Source: Ionaspis alba (Eukaryota). From it: a stretch of 33,776 nt of DNA. Below, one piece after another: positions 1 through 13,277 of this stretch (positions within the stretch are counted from its first letter, which is position 1; every line of letters starts with the position of its first letter). The stretch lies in assembly GCA_964255285.1 (NCBI GenBank), contig CAXUUL010000092.1, positions 1 to 33,776 on the forward strand, written 5' to 3'. The translations under genes and the position numbers were made by a program. A model generated the notes under the pieces. The model was not told the origin of the DNA. It searched no databases and saw only the letters and a program-made list of their open reading frames with translations.

Positions 1-1986
1 CCATAACGAAGTACCGGCCAGACCTTGGTGCTGGCATTTATTTCTTGTCTGGTTGCATGGCGTAAGAACTTCCACCCTGTGCTCTTTAGTATCTTGAATG
101 TCGAAACCTAACAATTCTATGACTTCTACAGAATTAACGCATCACAATTTATCGGAACCCCTTTATATCTCCTCAATAGCGACTGGTACAACGCATGGAT
201 AGCTTTTACGAAGCAGTCGTTTGGTCTCTTGACCACGACTATGACACAATTCTGGGCTCCCACTCTTGTCAGAGTCAGTGGAGACAGCAGTGTTCGTGGG
301 CAGCTATTGCAGAAAGCAAATGGAGACTTGTTCTGCAATTTTCCACAAAGGACCATCCTGATCGCGAACCACCAAGTACGTCGGGACCAGTTATAACAAG
401 GACCATACGCTGATGACATGGATATAGATCTACACCGATTGGCTGTATATGTGGTGGATAGGGTACACTGCGGGCATGCATGGCCATTTCTATATCATCC
501 TGAAAGAGTCCTTGAAACGCATCCCAGTCATCGGGTGGGGCATGCAATTCTCTAAATTCATATTTCTGAAGCGAAATTGGGAGAAGGACAAAGCAAACTT
601 GCAACAGCACATGCAAAAGCTTAATGTTCCAGGCGACCCGATGTGGTTATTGCTATTTCCCGAAGGTACAAATCTTGCTCCCAGTACCCGAGAATCTAGT
701 GCGAAGTGGGCAGAAAAGAATGGCCTGCAAGATATGAAACATCAACTGCTGCCACGAAGTACCGGCCTTCGATTCATTTTGCAGGAGCTGAGGACGACAG
801 TGAAATATGTCTACGATTGCACTATTGCCTACGAAGGCGTACGGTACGCAACAATCTATCATTTCCAGCAAGGATGGTCATACTGACTTTACTTAGCCAT
901 GGAGAATACGCCCAGGACATCTTCACTTTACAGACAATGTACGTCGATGGCAGTCCACCGAAGTCCGTCAACATGTTCTGGAGGCGATTTGCCATTTCCA
1001 AGATACCCTTAGATGACCCTCAACAATTCGAGCTCTGGCTTCGAGCTCGGTGGGCTGAGAAAGACAGGATTCTTGACCGTTACCTACGGACAGGACGGTT
1101 TCCGGCCGATGATGGTGTGACGGTGACACCACAAGGAAAGACCCTGCGCGGAGCGGGATACATTGAGACTGAGATCAAAGCTTCTCGCTGGTACGAATTT
1201 CTACAAGTCTTTGCTCCCATCGGTCTCTTTGCTCTGGTGCTGTACATGTTCTACGGTGCCCTCCCCAAAAATCTCGTTAAAAATATCAATGACAAGGGCA
1301 TCATCAACACGGCCCAAAGCATTCCTGGCTTTAGGGTCTCAGGCCGGGAGCAGCAGATGATCAAGAATGCTGCCAGTAATGCAACCCCTAAAGCACTGTA
1401 CAAGGCTGTCACTACGAGAGACCCAGCACATCTGACTGGCACGGTCCAGAAGACTCCCTTCAAACCTATGACCGGCCAGAAAGTTATACTCCGTGGAGCA
1501 CCAGCTCGGCAAGCTCATGCTGAGATAGCTCAAAAGCAGAAACAGCTGAAGACGACGAAACAACAAGCCTTTGCTGCACCCAAGAAAGCTGCCCCTATCC
1601 CCGTGGCTAAAGCTATACCGAAAAAGGTTGCCACGAAGCCGGCGGTAAAACCTGCTCCAAAGAAGCTGGAGATCAGAGATACGGCTAGTATCACATCGTC
1701 TAGTCAAGGGAGCAAAGTCTCGGCGTCCACGGCGCCGACGCAGATAAGTAAGGCTTCCACAAACCCAGCGCCGAAGAATCCGACAGCAGCGAAAGCTCAA
1801 CAGGCTGCAGCTCCCAAGAAGCCGGCGGTAAAGGCGGCCAATGGCGCCGCAGCAAAGAAACCGAATGCGGTCTCCGCTACGAAACCGGCCGCGCAACCAA
1901 AGCAAGTACCGGGGAATCTCAAGCCTACTGTGCAGAAAGCAGCAGCCAAGCCGGCAGCGACGAAGAAATTGGAGGTGAAAAGTTGA
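1..1986 (+). CDS. Lysophospholipid/lysocardiolipin acyltransferase (PlsC family, LCLAT1/Cst26-like), 5'-partial, with long basic C-terminal tail
   Basis: Exons ..61, 132-375, 428-843, 897-1986, all joined by GT-AG introns. The spliced product has the catalytic NHQIYTD (HxxxxD) motif, LKESLKRIPVIGWGM, FIFLKRNW, LLFPEGT and LLPRSTG, then a C-terminal hydrophobic helix (VFAPIGLFALVLYMFYG). The start codon lies upstream of the window. Confidence 0.9.
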
Positions 1987-2493
1987 CCGAAGTTTGAATC
2001 ACGTGAACGGCGATGATATGAGCGATTTTAATACCATTATCTTGTACCATCATTGTATATTGTTGTATACTATTCAGATTATCCAATACCCCTTTTTCTA
2101 ACAAAGACTTTTAAATTCAAGCTCCATGGAGACCTTTGTATCCACCTTGATATAATTATCATTATATTCGTTAAACCCATCAAGCGCTGAAAACGCATTC
2201 CTGTTCTTGATCCATCCCCTCAACACACGACACGATGTTCTCCCTTTTGATGTCCCACGGCCTCGTTTCTGCTGTAGTCCAATCCCGCGATTCGGAATCG
2301 ACTTCTTTCACATCGAAACTGCTCCCTCCCTTCACCATTACCACAAACGACGCTTTTTCGAATTTTTCTCACTCCCAACACTAGCATTGCGTCTTTAACG
2401 GAAAGTCTCGACTCTCATCATTCAACACGAAGCCTCTCTCGTGCCCAGCTGCGCCCTTACGATTGCCCTCATCGAAAAGGAAACTCCAATTTC

Positions 2494-4420
2494 TCAAACC
2501 CGAGGATGACTTGCATGAACATGCCGGCGCCAATGTACGATCTTGACAACATATCGGATAAGGAGGTTGTCAAGCACAATCACTATCACCGCCATTAGCA
2601 TCACGTCCCCAAAAGTCCATTCTCAAGCACCAGACCTACCAAGGAAATAACTCAATAAAACCGTCGGCAACATCCATGCACTATACATGAAATTACCATA
2701 CGACGACCCCACGCGATTTGACGCGCTCCTAACAGCCATGAGCGCCAGCGACGCAATTCCCAGACCAAAGACGACCCGCACGCACACAGACAGGAGCTCG
2801 GTCCGTAATTTGCGGCGCTTGCCCAGCAGAAAGAGGATTGCAAGTAGAATCAGTACCAATCCTGCGAATAGGAAGAAATAAATGAAGACAGTCTTGAAGG
2901 ACGAGAAGACGTCGTCCAATTTTTCACTTTCATCGGAGACGTGGTGCTCGGCGTTGTGGATTGCGACTTTGAAGTTCTCGCAGACCCAGTTTACACCACC
3001 GCTGTAGATGTTGTCAATACCTTCGGCGCGGTCGGTTGAGTTGGAGGCCGCGTGGCTGATTTCTTCGAAGTAGGAATTGAGATTTGGACGGGGGATTCTG
3101 GAGCCTTCGAATTTGTCGTAGAGGTCGGAGAGCGTGTGGTTGAGGTAGTCCACTACGTCGTCCCGGTTCAGATCTTTGGGTATGTTGGCAAAGGCTGTTT
3201 GAAGGGGAAGCATGATGTCGAGCAGTTTGCGCCAGACGGAGAGACGGCTGAGACCTTCGACAACGAGGATAACGCACACGTGGAAGGGGAAGTGTAGCAC
3301 GGCCCAAATGTGTTGGCGCAGGGTCCCCATTCGCTCCGGCTGAATCTGGTCGAAATACAGCATCCACATGAAATACATGATACAGACGGAGCAGATGATG
3401 TTGCCGATGACATTCGCGCTGTAGATCCGGTCGGAGCCGACCTTGTTGATGGAGCCGCACATGCCGATGATACCTTCACCGAGAATGATGAGAGTAAGGA
3501 GACCAAGACGCTCGACCAGCACAGTTGGTCGAAAACTGAGGAAAGTGACGTTGCCCGAGACGAGCAGGATAGCCAGCGCTTCGATGGCCACGAGCACATA
3601 CCAAGAGATAAGGATACGCTCGCTGGCCCCGGCGGTGAAAGCGAAGGAGAGACCAAGCCAGATCATTGCGGAAGTGAAGAGGATTGCCATGTGGGTGACC
3701 ATGGGAGCTATGGCTTTCTTATAGGAGCGTAGCCACCAGAACGCGACCCCGTACTGGAAGGTCAAAATCAGACGACTGGCCATTAGGATGAGAGAAAGAG
3801 TTTTGAAAGTTGCAATGGCGTTCTCGGAATCAGGAGTGCCTTCTTTCCAGCCCGTAGTGTAGCCAGGACCGGTGACCGCAAAGCCCGTCATGATACCGAA
3901 TTGCATGGCTTTGCACATACGCTCGAAAGCGGAGTCGTTGCTGAAGCGAACATCGAAGAGGGTGTTTTGGAGCCAGGTGAACCAGAGGATACCGAAGTAG
4001 CCGATATATGATTTCAATGCTGCCAAAGGGTCAGGTCTTGAGAAGAAGGACTGATGGGGACAATGAAAACCCACCCTCCCAATCGTCGATTTCGTGGATA
4101 GTTGTGAAGGTGGTTAGATTAGCAACGAAAAATAGATCAAAGAATAGTTGGATTGTGCTCGCTTCATGGGCTCTTTTCAAGACTGGTACGTCAGGATCTT
4201 GCTTTTGTTTCTCTTCCTCCGAGGAGGTACTGTCTCGATGAGTTTCTTGGGCTACCGCAGGGTGTCCATGCGAATCATGCGCGTCATCTTCGCCGGCAAG
4301 GGGAGACGCTATAAGACGCAAATGCTGGGGATGCGAGATTGAGAAAGTATGATGGTCCTCCTCGGGGACAATGACCTGATGTACGGAAACCGAGGGAATA
4401 AGTTTGGAAAGAATAGCCAT
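2494..4420 (-). CDS. Multi-pass membrane protein, low-temperature-requirement A (LtrA)-like fungal family
   Basis: Exons 4420-4075, 4019-2640, 2582-2494 with canonical introns. Motifs ASTIQLFFDLFFVANL, LWFTWLQNTLFDVRF, LVERLGLLTLIILGEGII and WMLYFD match LtrA-type proteins; many hydrophobic helices. Confidence 0.8.
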
Positions 4421-5445
4421 GATTGCTAAATGACGAGAAAATGCAACGCTAAGGATCAAATACGAGCAAACATGTATTAAATAAAGGAAGCAGAAATCTG
4501 AAGAACCAACAGCAGGAAGTTGAGACTGCCTTTGGTATTTAATATGCTGAGATTTGGATCTATATGGGTTGAGGCTCTTGGCGCAAACTTCCCTACCAAC
4601 ACATCCAACAGTGCTGTGCTCAGGCGGATAGTGCCTGCCATGCGACGGTTGATTAACAGGGCAGGGATATTCCTCCGCGTGGTCATCATGAGAGGGGGTT
4701 TTCTCAGCTCATACACATGCCAGCGTCGACGGATTCTCATCATAATAATTTTGTTCCTATTGTCTTGCAAGGAATTGCTCTGAGGTGAACGGCCACGACA
4801 TCCATCTGATGTCAGACGAGCCCCTAAGTCTGCCAAGGACAACAGGTGCTCAACATGATCCTTCAAAAGCGTTTGAGCTTTGCAACTTCTACACTCTTCC
4901 GGACCCGGGATTCTACTGTCTCCGACGTGGGGAAGTAGATCAGATTGACGGGGACGGAGATGTGAGACTTGGGGACTGGAAGGCTGTGTGGGTGTTGGTC
5001 CAAAATTAAAGAGTTAGTTTCACAAGGCCACTTAATGTTAGGCGTGCTGCCAAGCTTATATTGCCGCGGTGTTTCGAGGTCTATGAATACATCCCTCAAC
5101 TGAAGCAAACTATGAAATACATAGTATGGGATCCAGTTGATATGGTCGATCTCAGGCACTCGGCTACAGGAATCGAAGGCACCTCGTTCGAATTACAAGC
5201 ACTCGGCAGCAATTTTCATTTTACATTTCTAGACAGACTCATCTGTGGATCAAACTCAAGAAGTGCCATTATAGAGTTATCGTTAAACAGTATTTACAAC
5301 CGTTTCACAAGGAAACGCCCACTGGGTATCGTATCCAGAGCTCGAGCATAGCTGCTCACCAATCCACCAATCGCATTCAGAAATTCAAGTCCAAGGCAAC
5401 GTAGATCTCATCCCTATATACATTCCTCCCCAATCCTTTCAAGCC

Positions 5446-6314
5446 TTAAGCAGGGTCTGCTGGACTTTCACTTCGCTTCGCCTCCATTATCCTCTTCCCA
5501 CCCATCGATTTGACTTTGTTGATCAATTCATTATTGGTGTGCAACAGTTCGACATCATCACCACCACCGATACTCATGCCGTTGATGAGCACATTCGGCA
5601 CCGTCCTCCTGCCTGTCATTTTCTGCAGCGCATCTTGAAGCTGAGGACCCATCTCATGCTTGTCGAGCTCGACGACGAATGGCGCTGGTACTATCGAGTA
5701 GTGCTCCAGTAGTATCTTCTTCGCCTTCATCGAGAAGGGACAGTATGATTTCGAGAATATTATGACTATGAAGTAACAGTGCATCAGTCACTTTCTTATG
5801 ATCCGGATCGGTGGAAACACTTACTCGGACTCCGCTTCAGAATCGAGTTCAACTCCAAGTCAACATCCTTCTCTGCATCCGTTTTCTTGACTGGCTCTTT
5901 CTCCTCAAGTACCGACTCCTTTCCCGACGAAATGTCCCACTTCTCCCCGCCTTTCATCTTTTTTCTTCCCGCAACACTGCTGTCGCCCCCTTCCAAGATA
6001 ATCTCTGGTGGTGTCCGTGGCCCTTGCGTCTCCACAGACGCCTTGGCCGCACTGCCTGCCTCTTTCAGCTTCCGGATAACGTCTTGGTCCGACTCGGGAG
6101 CAGGAGCGGGTTTGGTTTTGGCTTTGGCTTCCATCGCTGCTACTGTGCGGTCATAGAACTGTTGATTTGCTTGTCGCGCATTACTCTGCTCTTGATCAGC
6201 CCAGCCCAGTACAGTATTGGAAGATGTGGGGTCCTTTACTGTAAAGTACAATATGGACATAACGATAAGCGCAACTGTCAGACCAAGCACCTTGACTCGG
6301 CGCGTTGATGGCAT
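5446..6314 (-). CDS. Monothiol glutaredoxin with N-terminal signal anchor (Grx6/Grx7-like, secretory pathway)
   Basis: Exons 6314-6240, 6185-5825, 5765-5446. Basic then hydrophobic N-terminus (MPSTRRVKVLGLTVALIVMSILYFT). Active site FSKSYCPFS has one Cys; glutathione-binding motifs TGRRTVPNV and IGGGDD are present. Confidence 0.9.
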
Positions 6315-7042
6315 GATGCCCAGACGGCGAGATGCCGTTGATTTGCCTGTACGACAACTCGGCTGATTGATGTATCCAAGGGATCGAGTCTTGCTCAACC
6401 TTTGCGACGATCGGATGTCTCTCAGCGCACGCGCACTGGTACTCAGAGGGTCAAGTTATGCTGAAAGTATCAAGATAGCGGAAAATTGCACTTCTCCAGC
6501 CTTTTCGACTTCAGAATCTGCGTTATCTGATCAAGGTGGAGCTGTTCCGTATGACAGGATCCGTACAAAGTAGGACTATGCAGGGACCGCCGAGGGCTAT
6601 CGCGCTAATACTTGCGACGACGGATGGGGTGAAGCCTGTCCGTGCTTCTATAGTCGTTGAAAATATGACTGTAAAGGACACAACAACGACGGAAAGTCAA
6701 GTTACGAGAATGTTATCTGCCTGATCCGGTGGTGAGGTATCGATCCAGCAAACGGTCCGTTCTCGGTCTAGAGTCGTCCACCAAACTTCCCCGGATTCAT
6801 GACCAATCAGGGGTTCGCCCGGCAAGCGGCAAGGAGAGTTTCCTGCAAGGCACCGCCAGGAACATGACACGACATATTCTTGTACAATGTACTTGGTCGC
6901 GTGTCGAACACAACGATAGGGATAAACACCTCATATTTGCCTGGACCAACTATCGCTAGCACAGATGGAAGGTACATTGTCAAGTTGTCGGCCGCTTTGC
7001 CCACCGGGAATATATATTTTTGCCCTTTCTCCCCTACCCCAC

Positions 7043-9649
7043 TCAAATGTCCCTCTCTGCAAAACTTTGTATCATGCCCTCTAATGTTGCTTCATACTCT
7101 TTCAACATGACCTTTCCATCCTCCTCGATTGTATTCGCCTGCACAAACACCTTCCTAGGCTGCTTGTTTCTCAGCACCGCCTCTCTGACCTCCGTTCCCC
7201 AAAACTCCTGTACTTCAGTCGCGTCTTCATAAAGCTTCTTACCTGCCTCCAGATCCGCCGTACACTTGTATACATGCAATTTTTGCAGATACCTCTCCAC
7301 TGCTGGCCTGCCCACTCCCAAGATCTTGCTCCGATCAACTCGGACGGTGAGGTCCGAAAGATCATCTTTGGTGTATTGTAAAGTTGTGAAATCCTCTCCA
7401 GCCTCAAGGAACACTTTTAAAATGCTGTAACGAGCCTGCATATGCGCCTGTCCCCACTTTCGACTTTTGGGATCCCAGAATTCCAATGCCACAATCCCGG
7501 CTCGTGCCATGCTTAGGTACCCGGCATAGAGCACATCCCCTGCAGGACCAGCCAAATCTTCCTCGCCATTTCCGAAACCGAAGATGTTCAAGATTGAGAA
7601 ATCACAGGATAGGGCCATTGCACAGCATTCGGCCCGGCATTCTTCGTACGAGGAAGAAATCGCGCCAAAGACGGAGGCCCAGGTTTGCCCCGGCTTGTAA
7701 TATGTAGTTATGGGCTTGGAGGTAATCGGACTGACTGGCGGAGACTTGATATCGAAATTGAACTTGCCTGGCGAGGTCTCTTGAAGAAGTTTACCAGTGC
7801 CATGTCCGAGCAACTCATGGATACCGACCTAGGGGAACTACGTGAGTAGCCAATGAAGTAACCAGAATAGAGCTTACGTACCTGAACCTCGAAGGCATTG
7901 TCTCTGTTGGCTGAGTACACGTCTAGGTCGTCCTCGTGGATGAAGGGAATCTTCTCGTTCGGAGCTTTAGCGCTCAGAACGTTGCCGAGAGAAACGTTCT
8001 TAAAACCCACGTCGCTGTCAAGCTTTTAGTAGGTGACCCTTCTCAATTTGAGAAATATTACCGTCGGATGTCCTCGTACTGGAGTCACATCAGCTGGAAT
8101 GTTCGATGAACTACGAGCTTTGACTTACATTCGGAATATTGATTCCGGCGGGTATGCTGGTCGAGATTTAGATTTATCAATTCATCTCACAAAGGCAGGA
8201 AACATACCCCGAGCTCGCAAATGAGAGTACTTCCAGGGACGTGAAGTCTGGAGCCACAAATTTGTCCTTTTCGAATTCCGAACCCCAGGGAAGCTTTGGA
8301 ATCATGGTTGGAGCCCCATCTACTAATTTGCCGAACGCTTTGGTACGCTCCTTGTTGACCATAGCCACTGGAAATTGTCATAAGTATTGCGTCCACACTC
8401 AGCAGAGGACTATACTTACCAAAGCCCTCCCACTCCGCTCGAACACCTGCTGGGTCACGGTAAGACTCGATGAAGCCAATATTGCTCTCCACCATTGGAC
8501 CTAGTCGCCATTAGTCTCAATCCGTCTCGTAAACGATGCTCCTTGGAACTGTACCTATATCCTTGACCCAATGCTTCTGGCTCTCCTTGAAGGCGAGCAA
8601 AGACCCTGTACTGAATGACTTTGTATATTCCTCCATCATCTGCTTCTGGACTTCGTTCGCCGCAGCCAGCCCAGCTTTCTTCATGTGCAGAGCGATCTTC
8701 GCCATCTCTTCCTGATAATCACCATAAACGATTTGCAGTTTCTTACCCTTTAGCTCTCCCTCCAGCTGCCAGCTCGTCTCTCCACGAACATCGCTAGAAT
8801 CTCTAGGAGGGTTCTGCACTCCAGCAGCTACCAAGACTTCGAAATCACCGCTTTCCAATTTGCGCAGCCTCGTGTTCTCTGGCAGAAGGCCTTTCCCCGC
8901 TAGAAAGTCTCCGAGATACTCGATCTCCCTTTTGGTAATATTTGGTGAAACAGGATAATACTCCGATAGATGTCCACGATCAGGAAACCCAAGATGCATT
9001 AATCCAGGCTGACCTGTGTTTGCAAAGATCCCTCCCTCGGAACCCCCGATGCTCTCCAACAGCTGTTTGACTTTTGGCGTTGTGGATACCAGGGCTTGCA
9101 GTGCTGTAGGTGAGAGTCTTGGGATGAACTTAGAGTCGCCAAAGCCTTTGTAATTACCAGCATTGTAGAGGAACTGTGTAGCATACTCCTGGAAGCTTAA
9201 GAGATCCTGGTCGGTGACACCTGTCCGCTCCTGGAGCTGTTTCCAGTTTCCGTTGCACGAGTGGTAAAGAGCAATGATCAAGTCGTAGATAGCCTCGGAC
9301 TCGGGACTGACCTGACGGAAGATTATGCGGGTCCCAATGAAGGCGGCTCTGCCTGGTTCAGTACAATTCTTCTTGGGGGTTAGAATAGGAACAGCAAAAG
9401 ATGGGGTGCTGTTAATGTGTACGAGTTGCTCAAATGGTAATTGAAAAATCAGGTACAGTATGAACAATATGTTCGAGTCATCTAAGAAAAAGTAGAGAAA
9501 GGAGATTTCTAGTCCGAAACTGACCGTGATATATGGTGGGCATAGAGCTTTTCCTTGTCGCTCAGTGCATTGAAGTGCGGAGCGATTTCGAGTTTCACAA
9601 CAGAGGGTGGAGAGTCCGCATAGTATTGCTGGATCGCTTGTTCGTCCAT
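7043..9649 (-). CDS. DPP3: Dipeptidyl peptidase III (peptidase family M49)
   Basis: Exons 9649-9525, 9348-8555, 8500-8420, 8367-8208, 8156-8129, 8078-8062 (17-nt microexon), 8014-7882, 7828-7043. Contains the HELLGH zinc motif, [17 protein letters not shown] and GFKNVSLGN. Confidence 0.96.
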
Positions 9650-10190
9650 TGTCATCAAGATTCGATATCAATGGCAATACTTCTGTCAGACTGATGATTG
9701 TTCTCTTGTGACGTTGGAATGGCAGTTGCATGCAACGCTCGGATGCGGCGTGAAACTCTGGATCCACACTCCTTGGGACCGAACAGAGAGTTTTTTTTTG
9801 GCTGGATATGGGCTTACAACCAATATTAGGAGTTAAGATAGTCTACTGGGTAAGAATTCAAACTACTAAGAAACTGCAAATGACCAATGTTTTTGACAGT
9901 TCAGGCTGAGCTTGACGCCCAGGTATCTATGACTAATAATTTCTCATGAGAAATCGTCGCTGCTCATGTGAAATAAATGATTCTCGGCGGAGAACTTTCG
10001 ACCACTACAGTTGTGGCACACCTGTTGATGCTTTGGACATGAGAAACCATGAGACTCTGATCTAGGTGCCGTTTGGAGGAGAACCACTATCACTTTTCAC
10101 GGAGACCGCTAACCAAGCAAAATAACCTCAAGATAAATGTAACGAATTGCCGTAGCTAATCGCCACCTCCGGAGAAAGACTGATGCAATG

Positions 10191-13100
10191 CTAAGTCGTA
10201 CCGCCAACCTTATTGAGCCCCTTGAGAGATCCTAAGCTCAATGCAAGTCCCTGGGAACGGCTACGTATGCGCACAAACCCGGTGACCGGGCCGTCCTCTC
10301 CTTCTTTCTCGATGCTGAGATTCGCCAGAGCATCCTCGCCTATAGCACTGATTAGCTGCATGTCTGAATAACCAACGATGGGAGAAGAAGATACCAAAGA
10401 CACTTCGGGCGTATAGATTGGCGCTCAAGAACTGGCAATCGCCCTTCATTGATGCTTCTGGCGTAAGACATGTCATATTCGTGCACGCCATCAGCTGGGT
10501 CAAGAATTCACGCAGAGATTTTGCTTTGGAGTTGATGTTGACCTTATTCTCCCACTCAAATTCGGTCCACATGGTTCGGAATCGGGTCTCTGTGCAGTAG
10601 GCAGGCTGGATATAGTCCATAATGTCAACATGAACATCGTTGAGAATGACCACATTGCTTTCGGTAGAGCTGGGGCCATCATAGACCACGTTACCAAAGA
10701 TGACACCTGTATCTGTTGATGATACCTTTATCGTCGATTGCACGTTCTGGAAGTCATGAGCGCTAAGGTTTTGTGTTGTCGGCCGCTCCACCACTTTGAG
10801 GTCTCCTAGAGTGGCAAACTCGACAGATAGGTTCTGCAGTGTTTCAGTCGTTTGGTTGACAAGTAGAACATCGAGAACAATGTCAAACTGATGGACTTTG
10901 ACGTAAGCTTCAGCGTAGACGGGGTCGGAGAAGCCAGTCAGCTGCACGACTCGGCTAAGTTTCGATGATAGATCCTCAACCGCGGAGTCACCACCAGTAG
11001 CCTTCTCAAGATCCAATTCAATCTCATCGGAGCCGTCACCCGCAGCCTTCTTGGCAAGCTGTCGAATGGGAACCACATCGTCAACCTGAACGGCAGACTT
11101 TGATTTCTCCACAGCCTCCTTCTCAGCCCTTTTCTTTTCCTCGACTTGCACCATTGCTCGGAAAGCTTTTCTGGTGTCATCTAAAAAGACTGTTTCTAGA
11201 TCTTTCTTTTGAGCGAATTCAGCAAGCGACCGAACGCATGACATTATTCTATCCACGGAATCCTCATCAATAGGTGCCTTGACAAATTGTGACTGTCCAA
11301 CTCGAATGATAGATATCATAATCAGCATAGCTTCCGCGCGCAATGCATTGGTCCGAGCTGTATCTTGTGAAATTTCAGAGTGTCGCATGACAAGTTTTGT
11401 AAGTGTCGAAGAAAGAACAGAAGCAAGATAGTAGTCGCCATCCAATATGAGCTGTCGTAGAGGGGGTTTCTGTGCTGCTTTCACGGCTTCTAGTTTTGCT
11501 TTGGCTGATGACTCGCTGGTCAATGCACTTTCGGTAGCATAAGTTCCATCGGCCAGGACCTTCCTCGAACCAGTGGGTGCTGAAGTCTTCGCATGGCCGT
11601 TGACTTGTTCCTTAGGTTCGGCGTGCTCCTCAGAGTCCTCCTCAAGCAATCGCTGTTCGGAAGCAACAATAGGAATTTCTCCCAAGCTGGTCCTAATCCT
11701 CTTCCAAGCTTCTCGGATATCGTTTGCCTCTAAGGAGTATTCGCCCACAATCCACAAAGCCCCTCGATACACCTTCCCGGCTCGAACCTCACTCAGAGTG
11801 GAAACAAGTCGTTCGACGATCGAAGATCTAAGTTTCGGGAATTTCTCTACTACTTCTTTGACAAATGAAATGACGTCTACGGCCGAGGTTGCGTTGAAGT
11901 CTGCTATGAAATCCATTAAAAGGTCGACAACGGATGCTGCAACTTCTGAGAACTTGATGGCACACTGGTGAATAGAGTAGATGAGGAGCTGTCGGTATTC
12001 GTTGTTCTGCAACAATCCCATCAGCAAAGTAACACATAATATCGGCATACAAACCTTTTCATATTGCTCGTCCACAGTCTTGGAGAGTTCCTTCTTCAGG
12101 AGTAGGACAACTTCCTCCACATTCTTACTAGAAACCATCTCCAAGGCTATTTCGAGGGCTTTCCTCCGAACATCAATATCCGGGCTTGAAAGCACGCGGA
12201 GTATCTCCATAGTCAGATCGTCCAGAACTCCTTCGTTTCGCTTCCTCAGTTGATCCACCCGATCCAGAACAATGAGCTTGACGTTGTTGTCTGCTTCTTT
12301 GATGCTCAATTCGATGAATTTCGTAGCAGCTGCTTTGACCGCTACTGGATTACTGGTAAGGGATGTCAATGATGAGGCAGCTTCATAGACGACTGTGGTT
12401 GCCCCAGCCTCAAGAAGGTCAAAGATGAGTCGCAGGTACCGAGCCTAGACACAAATCAGTATTTCGAATTTCTGCAGCCTACAGTAAAGTCATCGTACCT
12501 TGTTCTGCGTGTTTTGTACAGCATCTTTGCGTATAAACTCCAACTCCACGAGCTGCAATAACTCATCCGCATTTGGTATCCCATCAAACGCGCCACTCAA
12601 GTACTCCAACGCCTTTTGATGACTGATTAAAGAAAGAGCTGCGAATGCGTTACGCTTGCATGTTTGATCGCTCTCGGTTTCCAGGAAGGATTGTATGAGG
12701 TCGGGAGCGTCAGGAATGAGAGATTCCGACAGTTGGTATATAGAGGATACTGCGTAGACAGCGTTCTTACGTACGTAGGCATGTCGGTGTTCTAGACATG
12801 ATCTCGTAGAGGATAGTAGTGGTTCGATGAGCTCCGGTTCACGTAATTTGCATAGGAATCGTAGGGTATTGCCTCGAATATATTCGTTGGCGTGTTGTAG
12901 GTCGTTCCGTATTCCATTGCTAGAAAGCAATTAGATCTAAGTCTCTCAAAGGCTAAGTACGGGCAAACCAACCAGACCAGGATCATCTCTTGCTTCAGTT
13001 TTCCGGCCCCATCGAGCTTCGGACAGACTTCGTAGTAGAGATATAGCAGTTTCTTCAGAGGCTTACTCTTAGAGGGCATGACAAATCTGATTATATGCAT

Positions 13101-13277
13101 AAGAAGCAGCGGCATGGGATCCCCATTTAGCATTATGGTAAGAATCCTCTTCATGGTCTCGACCTTGGAGTCATCGGTCCCTTTCTCCAGCTGCGTTTTG
13201 AGCTCCTGTATCGTTGGCAGATCTGCAGCATTGTCCTGGTGTACTATGCTGTACGAATGCTCAAGGAAAGACGTCAT
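10191..13277 (-). CDS. SEC26: Coatomer (COPI) subunit beta
   Basis: Exons 13277-12973, 12919-12499, 12444-12055, 12006-10395, 10339-10191. Motifs [63 protein letters not shown] and [14 protein letters not shown] are characteristic of beta-COP. Confidence 0.97.

Noticed and set aside
4477..5351. Short ORFs between the LtrA-like gene and the glutaredoxin
   Set aside because: No motifs or splice structure; the region is consistent with promoter and 3' UTR sequence.
9349..9767. N-terminal 140 aa of the 416-aa ORF-track entry
   Set aside because: It reads through the DPP3 intron and the wrong frame of exon 1. The conserved start [15 protein letters not shown] begins at 9649.
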